Notes: generated by a model from the letters alone, not told the origin. A stretch of 64,000 nt of DNA from Promethearchaeota archaeon (GCA_019057795.1 JAHLWS010000078.1:138857-202856); one strand, 5' to 3'; positions 49,304-59,374 are shown, counted from the stretch's first letter. Translations and numbers: made by a program.

Positions 49304-52300
49304 AAGCATACACAAACGTATCACGGAAAACCGTGGGAGAGGATCGAGTAGCAATCTGCCCTAATTTTGGATGCGAGTACATGACACGAGTTAAGCCTCT
49401 TAAATTTAAGTTCTTAGGTTTTGGGAAGCATCCTAAATGCAAGAAACATCACATTCCTTTAGTATTTGTTGATGAAAGAATCGTTGATTTCGTGGATGCT
49501 GCCCTAGCGTGCTTGTTTGATAAAGCAGGACTCCCCCCAAGTGAATTACTCGAGGGTGTAAAATCAAAATTTCATAATGAAGTTACCTCGCTTGTAGAAG
49601 GATGGGTGTATTGCATCACGGCTGGAAGGTGTGTGTCCATTATTTCACGTTACATGGATACGATTTCTAATGCGTATCTCAAGCAATTAACTAAGAAACA
49701 AATTAAGGCACTTAAAAAGGGAGATGATTCAAAACCAAATCTCGTGAATAAGACGATTAAGGGTGGAATTGATGAAATTACTATTCAATATACGAGGATT
49801 CTCAAGCACCTGAGAGCTCATTCCGAGATTCTCATTGATCATCAAACGCTTAAATCACTTTCTAAAAACCTCCGAAATTATTTGAAGGATTATCAAAAGA
49901 CCATATTAAAGCGCAATGAGATCATTAATTCTCCAGAAAATAAGCGCGAAATGAGTTTAAAAGAAATCAAGAGTAATTATGATCAAATCCTAAACGTTGG
50001 GACATGCCGTTGTCTTCTTGGATTGAATCCCGAAAGTAAAGGAATCAAGAAAGCAAAAATAACTTCATTTGATAGATTTTCTGCTTATCTTGAATTTTTT
50101 AGTGAAGGATTAACTGGAAAATTTACAAAATCCGCAATCTGTGATTTAGTAAAAACTAAGTTCACTTATCAAGATAATATTGATATACTTGATGAGACAA
50201 AATATAAAATACCCTTTCAAAATCAAAAACCTAAAAGTATCATGACAGTTAAATGCACTCAAGAAGAACTTCTAGGCAAAATTTTTAAGTTCGGGGAATC
50301 TCTACAATTAGGAATTTTAACGATATATTATATTTGTGATATATTTCCAAAAAAGAATGAAATTGATAAGTTATTTTTTTCTGGAAAGGAATTAAGTCAG
50401 ATTCTTAGCAGATCAGAATATTTTTTTAATAATATTAGAAGGGAACTGTTAGACGAAAATTTTGTTCAATACTGCGGAACAATTTCTAAAAAAAAACATA
50501 GCTTTGTAAAAATTTATACAATTACAAAACAAGGCGCAGATTTTGCAGCGGAAATTATTGAGTCAAAAATACAAGAATTTTCTAATCTTTTTAATGATTT
50601 AACCCTCAGATTAGAACAGCGATATAAAGAATTAATGTCCTCAGAAAATAACATTGTTATTCGTTCAATAGAAGAAATCAACAATGATTTAAAAAAAAAA
50701 GCTGAAGAAAACAATGCTAAAATGCTCACTACATACAAATCTGATGAAAATAAAATAATTTTTAGATGTAAGGGATGCAATAAAGAATTTAAAGATATAT
50801 ACAAGAATATGAAAAGAAGACAAGAACCAAAAATAGCTTGCCCTTTCTGTTTTCCAGAATTAAGACCTAACACTTATATTCCTGAAGAATTAAGAGAAAA
50901 AATAGCAAAATATGTTTTAGTTGAATTAAGACAAATTACTATTTACAATTTAGTAGAAAAGGAAATTTTAGAAAATATAGTTTCTATAAGAGATTCTGTT
51001 TTCAGACAAATAGAAATCAAAAAGGTTCCGATTTTAGACAATAGAATTCAAGCTGATGCCGATTTTAGACAATATATTAAGAATTATATTCAACTTATCG
51101 TTAAGCTTCTTATAAAAATAAAATTATTAAATGAGACCAAACAAAAAATAAATATTACTGAAGTAGCAAAAGAAACTTATGATAAAAATATAGTTTCCTT
51201 AAAATCTTGGGTGGTTTTTTCAACGAAGATTATTCAGTATTTAAGACAAAATCTTGATTTTAATATTAGATCACGTTATCATGATACATTCCAAAAATCT
51301 ACTCAAGTATCGATTAGGAATTTTAGGAATTTGTATAAATTAATTGATGATATTACAATTACTTATTTGAAAAAAGATTTACAGATGAAAATAGATATTC
51401 ATTACAATGGAATATGTCAAGGAAATAATGGAACTTGTCAATTCAATATTGATTACAGATTCTTACCTGCTCTCTCCCATCACCATCTACTCAAAAGTTA
51501 CAAAAAACTCATAACAAGAAAAGAATTTAAATATATCCTTCCTCATACTATTCTAAACTTAAAATTTGAGAGAGCTATTAAATTAATGCAGACTCAAATT
51601 GGTGGATTAGGTTTAGCATGTCTGAATTGCCATTTTTCTAAACATCATGTAATATATAATTTTTCACCGATTTTTACATTTCTTCAGAAACTATCCTTAG
51701 AAAATATCAATGAAAATCCATTAGATGTTTTAATCAAATTGAAGTCATTAGTAAGCATATATTACAACCAAAAAAAAGAAAAAACTAAAATGTCTAAAAA
51801 TTACACTCAAGCTCAACAAAAAACAATGATAAAAGATGGTATTAGAAAATCGACTTTAGCATTCGTTAAAAAAAAATATAGTATTCAGTTTCTATTTGGA
51901 AATGATTATGTTTGTCCTATTTGTCGAAAAGCTAATATTAATGAACACCTCAATTGTTTTGTTGCTCATCATACTAATGAAGATATTTTTAGAGATGATC
52001 TTGAGAAAATAGAATTTGGTAAAGAATATAAAAAAAAGGATATTGATTGGTTAATTGAAAATCTAATTATTCAAGAATGTGTGTTTATTTGTATAAATTG
52101 TCATCAAATGCTTCATGCTGTAAATTTTCGAGATTATGCTCTTACTATCTTGGAAAGTAAAACCGATGAGATATTTGTAAGGAATTATTATAGTCAATTA
52201 GACAAACAGATAAGTAAATTAAAAAATAGAATCTTAATTTTAAAAAAAAAAATTGAAAATCATTTGATTCAAATTCCAAATCCGTTACAGTTAATTTTTG

Positions 52301-52668
52301 AAAAGGGAGACGGTTTAAAGAGAAATTTAATATGTATTTACTATATTTGTGAAATTTTTTCAAAAGATAAAGAGAATCCTTTCTTTACTTCTGGTGAGTT
52401 GAATTTTATTATTAATAAGGTGCGTTCATTTAGGAATTTTAAACATAAATTAATTCATCTTGATTATATACAAGCTGTTGAGAATTTTCAAAGAATTTAT
52501 CATATTACTCCTAAAGGTAAGGAAAAAGCAAGAGAATTGATTAATCAAAAATTAAATGATTTTCCGAAAAGATTCAGAGATTTAATTGATATTTGGGAAA
52601 ATAATTACGTAAAATATCAGCTAAAGATGAAACAAAATAAGTATTTTTTTGGAAAAGAAATTTTATAA
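49300..52668 (+). CDS. cassette ORF B: conserved 280-aa N-domain + two winged-helix-like repeats, zinc ribbon and two Cys-rich HNH-like domains
   Basis: IYYIC.IF...FF...EL...Y.IT..G twice; CKGC...CPFC; C..C...HH...CLNCH...H and CPIC...AHH...CINCHQMLH. Confidence 0.8.
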   Translation: MKAYTNVSRKTVGEDRVAICPNFGCEYMTRVKPLKFKFLGFGKHPKCKKHHIPLVFVDERIVDFVDAALACLFDKAGLPPSELLEGVKSKFHNEVTSLVEGWVYCITAGRCVSIISRYMDTISNAYLKQLTKKQIKALKKGDDSKPNLVNKTIKGGIDEITIQYTRILKHLRAHSEILIDHQTLKSLSKNLRNYLKDYQKTILKRNEIINSPENKREMSLKEIKSNYDQILNVGTCRCLLGLNPESKGIKKAKITSFDRFSAYLEFFSEGLTGKFTKSAICDLVKTKFTYQDNIDILDETKYKIPFQNQKPKSIMTVKCTQEELLGKIFKFGESLQLGILTIYYICDIFPKKNEIDKLFFSGKELSQILSRSEYFFNNIRRELLDENFVQYCGTISKKKHSFVKIYTITKQGADFAAEIIESKIQEFSNLFNDLTLRLEQRYKELMSSENNIVIRSIEEINNDLKKKAEENNAKMLTTYKSDENKIIFRCKGCNKEFKDIYKNMKRRQEPKIACPFCFPELRPNTYIPEELREKIAKYVLVELRQITIYNLVEKEILENIVSIRDSVFRQIEIKKVPILDNRIQADADFRQYIKNYIQLIVKLLIKIKLLNETKQKINITEVAKETYDKNIVSLKSWVVFSTKIIQYLRQNLDFNIRSRYHDTFQKSTQVSIRNFRNLYKLIDDITITYLKKDLQMKIDIHYNGICQGNNGTCQFNIDYRFLPALSHHHLLKSYKKLITRKEFKYILPHTILNLKFERAIKLMQTQIGGLGLACLNCHFSKHHVIYNFSPIFTFLQKLSLENINENPLDVLIKLKSLVSIYYNQKKEKTKMSKNYTQAQQKTMIKDGIRKSTLAFVKKKYSIQFLFGNDYVCPICRKANINEHLNCFVAHHTNEDIFRDDLEKIEFGKEYKKKDIDWLIENLIIQECVFICINCHQMLHAVNFRDYALTILESKTDEIFVRNYYSQLDKQISKLKNRILILKKKIENHLIQIPNPLQLIFEKGDGLKRNLICIYYICEIFSKDKENPFFTSGELNFIINKVRSFRNFKHKLIHLDYIQAVENFQRIYHITPKGKEKARELINQKLNDFPKRFRDLIDIWENNYVKYQLKMKQNKYFFGKEIL

Positions 52669-52674
52669 GACTAT

Positions 52675-52845
52675 GGATTTACCATTAGAAATAAAGGGGG
52701 AATCGAACAAGTAATTAACCATTTGGAAAATAAAATCTTGAAATTAAAGGATGGATTGTATTTAGAAGTCTCTAAACAAATCGCAGAAGAGAGAAGTAAA
52801 ATAATTATAGACTTTTATAACAAAATAAGAGAAGAAATAATGTAG
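52675..52845 (+). pseudogene. orphan diverged 3' end of the HD-domain gene
   Basis: GFTIRNKGGIEQVINHLENKILKLKDGLYLEVSKQIAEERSKIIIDFYNKIREEIM* vs GGIEKVIEHLEKKIIKLKDRMYLDISKEIAKERQKIILDFYYEIKKEV* (31/47 identical). Confidence 0.9.
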
Positions 52846-53169
52846 ATTTACTTGAGTTTCAATATCAAAATCACACCAAAGAGAATTTAATTCTTGATCT
52901 GACAATGAACTCACCATTTTTAATATTTTATAATAAAACACTTAGTTATGCTATGATCATAAAACGAGATTAATATTATTATGTAAGTCCAATTTTTATT
53001 GTTTTCTAATAATTCAGTCTAATTCTGAACCACAATTTTCGCACAATTTATACTCTTCAGTGATTTCTGAACTACTAAATTTGCAATATTTATCTGAATT
53101 TACTAATACTTCGGTGTGATCAATTTTTTACGAATCATCTAACTTGTAAATTTTATAAAAATTAGTTAT

Positions 53170-55710
53170 TTGAATAAGATATTTGTGATAACTTTTAAAT
53201 ATACAATTAACAAAATATTATTTATGTCCAAATCTAAATTAATAACAGGAATAATTTTAATCGTTGTTGGTGGTGGTTTAATACCAACAGGATTTTTTGT
53301 AAATCAAATGTTCGTCGACCAAATTGCTGGAGGAGTTCCTGACGCCCTTTTAGCTATTGAAGAGGAAGCCCTTCCATCTTTAGAAGAACAGTTACCCCCT
53401 TTAGCTACACCGGATGTACTTTTGGGTGTTGAAGACGGTGCGCTTACTTCCTTAGAAGAACAGTTACCCATTTTAGGTACACCGGATGTACTTTTGGGTG
53501 TTGAAGCAGAAGCACTTAAGACCTTAGAAGAACAGTTACCCGTTCTAGCAACACCTGCTGTCTTAGATGGTCTTAAGGAAGAGACAATAGAAGCATTACC
53601 TGCGGTAATTAACGGATCTGTGTCGGCCCAAATAATGAACGGAACTATTTATAGTGGTTTCCCCGCGGTTTTAGAATTATTTTTTAACGATCCCGATTGG
53701 TCAACCAATACAGGTGGGATTTTCCCTATTAGCGGAATATCTGAAGTAATAACTCTTGGTACGGCAAACCTTAGTTTCTCAGTAGCAGCCCAAAACGCAA
53801 TAATGATAGACGGAATTTCTATTCCTTCTGTTGCTGATGTTCGGGGGTTAATAAACGACACACAATTAGGTCTTGGCGTTCTAGGATTTCTTGAAATCTA
53901 TAACGCCACATTTGATCCTATTACAGGTCCATGGATGAACGATACGATTCAATTATTGTATAATGCAACATGGGAGCAACTTTCGGCTGTAGCAGGATAT
54001 TTAATTACATATATGTTCGATATTATAGTTCCAGATACTTTAGGAATGACGCCTCAACAATATGCGCCTTTTGTGTTCTATGGACAGTGGGCTAACGGAT
54101 CCATTGCCGAAGATGGAATTGATTTAAGTCTCTTCAAGGATACGCTACCAGAAGGTACTTTCGGTCTTGAAGCAGGCGTTCCAAATCCCACTAATATTAC
54201 AATATTCACATGCTTGGATCTTTGGGATGTTTCAAATTCATCCGCATTTGTAAACGATACTGGGATATTAAAATGGGTTGGTGCGATGAAAGGAGATGCA
54301 ACCCTCCAATTTGATTTAATGGTAGAATTTAGTCTCACTCCGCTTCAATTACCCATACTATTAAATTGGTTAGGGAATTTTATGACTAATCTCGTTCCAC
54401 TTTTGGTTTTTGACGAAACAGGGTATACAATACCAGAACTAGCACAATTCGCATTCTATGAACAATGGGCTAACGGTACTATTCAGGGTCAAAGTATTTT
54501 ACCTGATGGGTTTTTAAGTGAACTTGATCCACCTTTACTAGGACCTCCCTACTTCGAAGTTGGATTACCAAATCCTAGTAACCTTTCACTTACTAAAACT
54601 ATGAATTTATGGGATGAAGCGAATAATTACACTTTTGTTAATATGAATGGTATCTTAGTATGGGTTGGTGCGATGCAAGGAGATGTAATCCTCCAAGGTA
54701 ATTTAAGCGTAGTATTTAGTCTCACTGGAGATGAATTAACCATACTACTAGTTTGGCTAGGGAATTTTATGACTAATCTCGTTCCACAACTTATTGAGTA
54801 TGAAACAGGGTATACCGTACCAGAACTAGCACAACTCGCATTCTATGAACAATGGGCTAACGGTACTATTCAGGGTCAAAGTATTTTACCTGATGGATTT
54901 TTAAATGAACTTAGTGCTTCCTTTGCGGGTGCGCCATATTTCGAAGTTGGATTACCAAGTCCTAGTAACCTTTCACTTACTGAAACTATGAGTTTATGGA
55001 ATAAAACGAATGCTTACGCTTTTGTTAATATGGATGGTATCTTAGTCTGGCTTGGAGCAATTACAAACACATCTCTTCAAAGTGCATTAATAACAACTTT
55101 TGGCATATCTGCTGGTGAATTAACAGTACTTCTAACCTGGTTGGGTAATTTTTTCACAACCCGAGTTCCACAACTTATTGAGTATGAAACAGGATATACT
55201 ATACCAGAACTTGCTCAAGTTTCATTTTATGAACAATGGGCTAACGGTACTATTCAGGGTCTAAGTATTTTACCTGATGGATTTTTAAGTGAACTTGATC
55301 CACCTTTACTAGGACCTCCCTACTTCGAAGTTGGCTTAACAGAAGGTTCAACAGGCTTAACAGTTTCACAATGTGAAGCACTCTGGGATGAGACAAGTGA
55401 ATATTCACTCGTAAGTGCAAGTGGAATAAATAAGTGGTATAGCGTAAAAAAGTGGTATGAGGAAGAATCAACTACATATGATGATTTAAGAACTAATAAT
55501 GATGGTCTTTCTCATGAGCAAATGACCAGAATCATTGATTGGCTACCACAATTTAGGGATGAAATCGTAAATGCGTTAGCAAAGGAGGAAATGAGCTTAC
55601 CAGCGGAACCATATGCTCTTGGAACTGCACTCCTCATTGGTCTAGGTGTTGGAGGAGGAACATTAGCCGCTTTAGGCGTAGTACTATTACTACTATCGAA
55701 GAGAAAATAA
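53170..55710 (+). CDS. large membrane/surface protein with N- and C-terminal TM helices and internal repeats
   Basis: Three 24-aa LEEQLP repeats, four ~128-aa FY.QWANG units, many NxS/T sequons; likely start ATG 53224. Confidence 0.8.
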   Translation: MNKIFVITFKYTINKILFMSKSKLITGIILIVVGGGLIPTGFFVNQMFVDQIAGGVPDALLAIEEEALPSLEEQLPPLATPDVLLGVEDGALTSLEEQLPILGTPDVLLGVEAEALKTLEEQLPVLATPAVLDGLKEETIEALPAVINGSVSAQIMNGTIYSGFPAVLELFFNDPDWSTNTGGIFPISGISEVITLGTANLSFSVAAQNAIMIDGISIPSVADVRGLINDTQLGLGVLGFLEIYNATFDPITGPWMNDTIQLLYNATWEQLSAVAGYLITYMFDIIVPDTLGMTPQQYAPFVFYGQWANGSIAEDGIDLSLFKDTLPEGTFGLEAGVPNPTNITIFTCLDLWDVSNSSAFVNDTGILKWVGAMKGDATLQFDLMVEFSLTPLQLPILLNWLGNFMTNLVPLLVFDETGYTIPELAQFAFYEQWANGTIQGQSILPDGFLSELDPPLLGPPYFEVGLPNPSNLSLTKTMNLWDEANNYTFVNMNGILVWVGAMQGDVILQGNLSVVFSLTGDELTILLVWLGNFMTNLVPQLIEYETGYTVPELAQLAFYEQWANGTIQGQSILPDGFLNELSASFAGAPYFEVGLPSPSNLSLTETMSLWNKTNAYAFVNMDGILVWLGAITNTSLQSALITTFGISAGELTVLLTWLGNFFTTRVPQLIEYETGYTIPELAQVSFYEQWANGTIQGLSILPDGFLSELDPPLLGPPYFEVGLTEGSTGLTVSQCEALWDETSEYSLVSASGINKWYSVKKWYEEESTTYDDLRTNNDGLSHEQMTRIIDWLPQFRDEIVNALAKEEMSLPAEPYALGTALLIGLGVGGGTLAALGVVLLLLSKRK
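53380..53560 (+). repeat. 72-bp coding tandem repeat (x3)
   Basis: TTAGAAGAACAGTTACCC at 53380, 53452, 53524. Confidence 0.9.
54076..55335 (+). repeat. ~380-bp coding tandem repeats (four units)
   Basis: FY.QWANG codons at 54076, 54454, 54841, 55225 (spacing 378, 387, 384). Confidence 0.9.
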
Positions 55711-55823
55711 AACTTCCAAAATATATTCTACAAACAAATTCTTTTTTTTTTTCTACTAATATACTTATTATTTAAAGTATTAACCCTCATTTTTCTAAGA
55801 ATTTGTAAAAAGGAGGGATTTTC

Positions 55824-56066
55824 TTGAATATTATTTTTAGGTTTGCCACAGAGAAAGACATACCTCAGGTTTTAAGGATAGAAAACGATAATTTTGTAGA
55901 ACTATGGGCTGAAGAAATGTTTAATATGATGTTAAGAAAGGAATTTCTTCAAATTGTTGAAGAGTCCCATAATTTTTATGTTTGTGAAAATAGCAGTGAA
56001 ATTTTAAGGTACATCATCTGGGAAAATGAATATTTCTTTAATAAAGACGAAGGATTCTTGTATTAG
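55824..56066 (+). pseudogene. truncated RimI-like GNAT acetyltransferase
   Basis: IIFRFATEKDIPQVLRIE..F...W N-terminus only; acetyl-CoA-binding motif missing. Confidence 0.65.
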
Positions 56067-56200
56067 TTTAGATATGGGCCAGTTAATGATTCTTTGTTTC
56101 GTTTGATATCCTTAGGTGTTCCTACTGCAATAACTTTACCTCCTTTTGGACCACCTTCAGGTCCTAATTCGATTAAATAATCTGTATATGATAATATTTC
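56063..56200 (-). pseudogene. UvrA-like C-terminal fragment
   Basis: EILSYTDYLIELGPEGGPKGGKVIAVGTPKDIKRNKESLTGPYLN* matches the UvrA terminal motif; no intact upstream gene. Confidence 0.8.
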
Positions 56201-56403
56201 AAACCAATGTCCCTAATTGCTTTGATGAAAACGATATTTTTAGCTCTTGTTCACCAGTAATTTTACATGAGGGGCATCGTACTTTATCAGAATTGGAATC
56301 TAATATTGTTTCAGAGAAATAAGATCAAACTTATATATTATTAAATAGCAATAAATACAACATTTGGATTTTTTGAAAAAATAATGTTATAAATGTGAAT
56401 TAA

Positions 56404-56559
56404 ATGAAATGTAAATGTGTAGAATTTCCATTAAAAGAATCTAAAGCTGAACCTAGAATTAATGAGTGGTTAGAAAATAATAGCAACTTAAATATTAAAT
56501 TTATTAATCAAGCTATTGTGAACGGAATAAGAAGAGTTTGTTATTATTATGAAGATTAA
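56404..56559 (+). CDS. small hypothetical protein (51 aa)
   Basis: MKCKCVEFPLKESKAEPRINEWLENNSNLNIKFINQAIVNGIRRVCYYYED*. Confidence 0.55.
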   Translation: MKCKCVEFPLKESKAEPRINEWLENNSNLNIKFINQAIVNGIRRVCYYYED

Positions 56560-56589
56560 GATTAATCTTTCATTTTTTTTTCTTCCCTA

Positions 56590-57018
56590 TTATTTTATAT
56601 TCGGATTAATTTTATTCCCACAATCATAGCATTCCGCATCGTGAACGCAAATTTCACCCTTACAAATAGGGCATGTATAGAGCTCTTCTTGCTCTTTTAG
56701 CCATTTTTTAGCCCCAATTTCCTTAATTCTCTTTAGATTATTAATCATATTCACAAAATATTTCTCTTTATAATGCTTATCAATTTTTTTTAACTTTTCG
56801 CAAGGAAAAACTTCACATTCAAAACAAAATTCAATTTCCCTTTTCCTCAATAGAGAACAATCTCTTCTTATAAACGCACAATTTTTATTCCTAATACGGC
56901 AACCCTTACAGCCCACTTTATAGCCCCTCTCTTCAAGTAAATCCTTTTTCCAAAGAAGATATTGCCGGCAAGCACCACAATAAATTCCACATGGAGCTGC
57001 TAAATTTTTTTCATACAT
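56590..57018 (-). CDS. Cys-rich protein (DUF3795-like)
   Basis: APCGIYCGAC, CKGCR, FCFECEVFPC, CPIC...CYDC. Confidence 0.8.
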   Translation of the reverse strand: MYEKNLAAPCGIYCGACRQYLLWKKDLLEERGYKVGCKGCRIRNKNCAFIRRDCSLLRKREIEFCFECEVFPCEKLKKIDKHYKEKYFVNMINNLKRIKEIGAKKWLKEQEELYTCPICKGEICVHDAECYDCGNKINPNIK

Positions 57019-57048
57019 TTCTTATTTCTCCTCAAATTTTTTGTTTAT

Positions 57049-58065
57049 TTAATTTATTAAATTATAATATCCCTTTAACACTTTTAAAGCGTTCAATGTG
57101 ATCCACTTGCTTTCTTTGCCTATCTGCTCGACTCTTACTTGCATTCGTCCATTAAATGATTTTTCTAACTTCCATCGGCCATTTTTATTTTGTTTAGATA
57201 TAACCAAATCGAAAGCGTCCCTCATACGATCGTCTTTATATCCTAACCTTGTTAAAATATCTAAAACTTCCAAGGCATCAATTTTCCACATTAATGGAAA
57301 ACCAAATTGAGTCCACTCTTGCTTAGCTATAACATTCTGATCGTGACTTTTTTTGTATATGCGGTGATTGAGCAGATAATCTACTGCTCTATTAATTATC
57401 TCTTCAACTTCTTTTGATCTAATATTAGGAGGAATTTCTGAAAGTGCTTTCAAATTTTTTACAACTCCCATATGACATGTGTGTTTTCCCCAACATTTTT
57501 CCTTTTTCTCGTAAGGCCAACCACTTGGAGACTTGTCTGTTCCATCATCATATCGTTGATATTTCAAAATACATTCAATTCCATTTTGAACCCTTGAATC
57601 CTCCAAATATCCAAACTTTATAAGAGCCCATATCATATTACCTGTTAAACATGGGATCACTAGTTCAGGAGTACCTCCATTATCATCGCTACCACGAGCA
57701 GAAAACCCGCCACTTGCTCGATGTTGCGAATTGTTAAGAACAAATTCACAGGTCTTTTTGATTCGCTCATCATTTGCATCCGCATTGAGTTCTGCTAAGA
57801 GTATGAAACTCCACACAGTTCCTTTATATTTTGCTTTAATGTAAAAGTTATTACGGTTTAACCAATATTCACCATTTATTTGTTTGCTAAGAATTTTTGG
57901 GACAAGTCCAGATTTCATGATCTCTTTTTTTGCCAAAATTACCTCTGCATTATCTTCAAGTTTATTTAGAATTTCAGTTAAAGCAAAAAATCGAACTGAA
58001 GGATTATTTTCTTCTAAAAGCCAATCTATAGGGTCCTCATTCAATAAGGATTTCCAATTATTCAT
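57049..58065 (-). CDS. prenyltransferase/terpene-cyclase-like alpha-barrel protein
   Basis: Repeated Q...G.W motifs, PCLTGN, FGFPL.W..D.LE.L, SKWITL.AL. Confidence 0.7.
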   Translation of the reverse strand: MNNWKSLLNEDPIDWLLEENNPSVRFFALTEILNKLEDNAEVILAKKEIMKSGLVPKILSKQINGEYWLNRNNFYIKAKYKGTVWSFILLAELNADANDERIKKTCEFVLNNSQHRASGGFSARGSDDNGGTPELVIPCLTGNMIWALIKFGYLEDSRVQNGIECILKYQRYDDGTDKSPSGWPYEKKEKCWGKHTCHMGVVKNLKALSEIPPNIRSKEVEEIINRAVDYLLNHRIYKKSHDQNVIAKQEWTQFGFPLMWKIDALEVLDILTRLGYKDDRMRDAFDLVISKQNKNGRWKLEKSFNGRMQVRVEQIGKESKWITLNALKVLKGYYNLIN

Positions 58066-58272
58066 TTTTTTTCACTTTTAATTTTTAAAATGTTAATTAA
58101 ATAATCGAAATAATCTTATATAAATACAATAAATATGCCAAATTAACGACAAACTAAACTAAACTTGAAGAGAAAAAAAAGCTTGGGAATTTCAGTAAAT
58201 CAAAGGTAATAAAAATCAATCCTTTAATTACAAATGAATAATTTTTAATTCTGATAAACATATATTAAAACC

Positions 58273-59010
58273 ATGTCAAATGAAACACCACAAAATGAAA
58301 ATGATAAGAGTGATAAACCACTTCCTCTTTGGACAATAGCGCTCATCCCAGTATACATTTCTATCTTATTTATAATCATATTTTTCCCCCTCGCTCAAGA
58401 TTGGTCATGGATTGAAGCTTGGTTATTCATCATATCATTTGTTATTAACATGACAATCAGTTTCTATATCATAAACAAGAAGAATCCGCGAGTTCTTCGG
58501 AACCGGATGAAGGTGAAAAAGGTTGGTGTCACAGAGAAAACAAAAAGTTCGGCAGGATCAGATAAATTTATAATGCCGATTCTTGCTATCGGATTTATTG
58601 GTGCATTATTATTACCAGTATTCGATTACCGCAATCAATGGTCTACAATTCCTTTCACGGTGGAGATTATAGGTCTTGTAGTTACGAATATTGGTCTAAT
58701 AATCATGGATATCGCAATGGTACAAAATGCATACGCATCAAAACTACTGGATATAAACAAAGACCAAAAACTCATCGATACAGGGTTGTACAGTCATGTT
58801 CGCCATCCACTCTACTCGGGAGCAGTTTTAATGATACTTGGTATGCCCATTGCATTAGGATCGTGGATATCATTAATTCCCGCTGCAATCGGAGTATTAT
58901 CTTTAATAATCCGGATAAAATTCGAAGAGGAAATGCTCATTAAGGGAATGGACGGCTATATTGAATATCGAACTCGAGTAAAATACAAATTAATACCAAA
59001 AATCTACTGA
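58273..59010 (+). CDS. isoprenylcysteine carboxylmethyltransferase family membrane protein
   Basis: LIDTGLYSHVRHPLYSG, RIKFEEEML, Y.EYR.RV.Y.LIP. Confidence 0.88.
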   Translation: MSNETPQNENDKSDKPLPLWTIALIPVYISILFIIIFFPLAQDWSWIEAWLFIISFVINMTISFYIINKKNPRVLRNRMKVKKVGVTEKTKSSAGSDKFIMPILAIGFIGALLLPVFDYRNQWSTIPFTVEIIGLVVTNIGLIIMDIAMVQNAYASKLLDINKDQKLIDTGLYSHVRHPLYSGAVLMILGMPIALGSWISLIPAAIGVLSLIIRIKFEEEMLIKGMDGYIEYRTRVKYKLIPKIY

Positions 59011-59374
59011 CATAATGCTAAAATTTGAGCCATAGTATGGTCATCGATATTTAACACGTTTAAAGATTATCCATATAAGATTTTCAATTTAATAGCAAAC
59101 TTTTATTAACGATTTTTTGCTAAGTCTTTTTACGATATTGAGTAAAATATTTCATATTTAAATCTAATTGTTTCATATGCAATTTTAATTTGATAAAGTA
59201 TGTTTAATATTATTGAAATATTCTTTATTGGTTTAAGAATAAAAACTCTATTGTCAATAAATTAAACTAAGAAATCACATTAATTCTATATTCAAACGAT
59301 TAGAGAATATTATGAATAATTAGACAAATCTTTATTAGTTCTAATCTTTTTAAATCCTACAAGAGTAAAACGAT

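Larger units (their letters stand above)
48634..52668 (+). mobile_element. putative two-gene nuclease cassette, copy 3
   Basis: Paralogous cassette between HD gene and an orphan HD 3' end. Confidence 0.65.
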
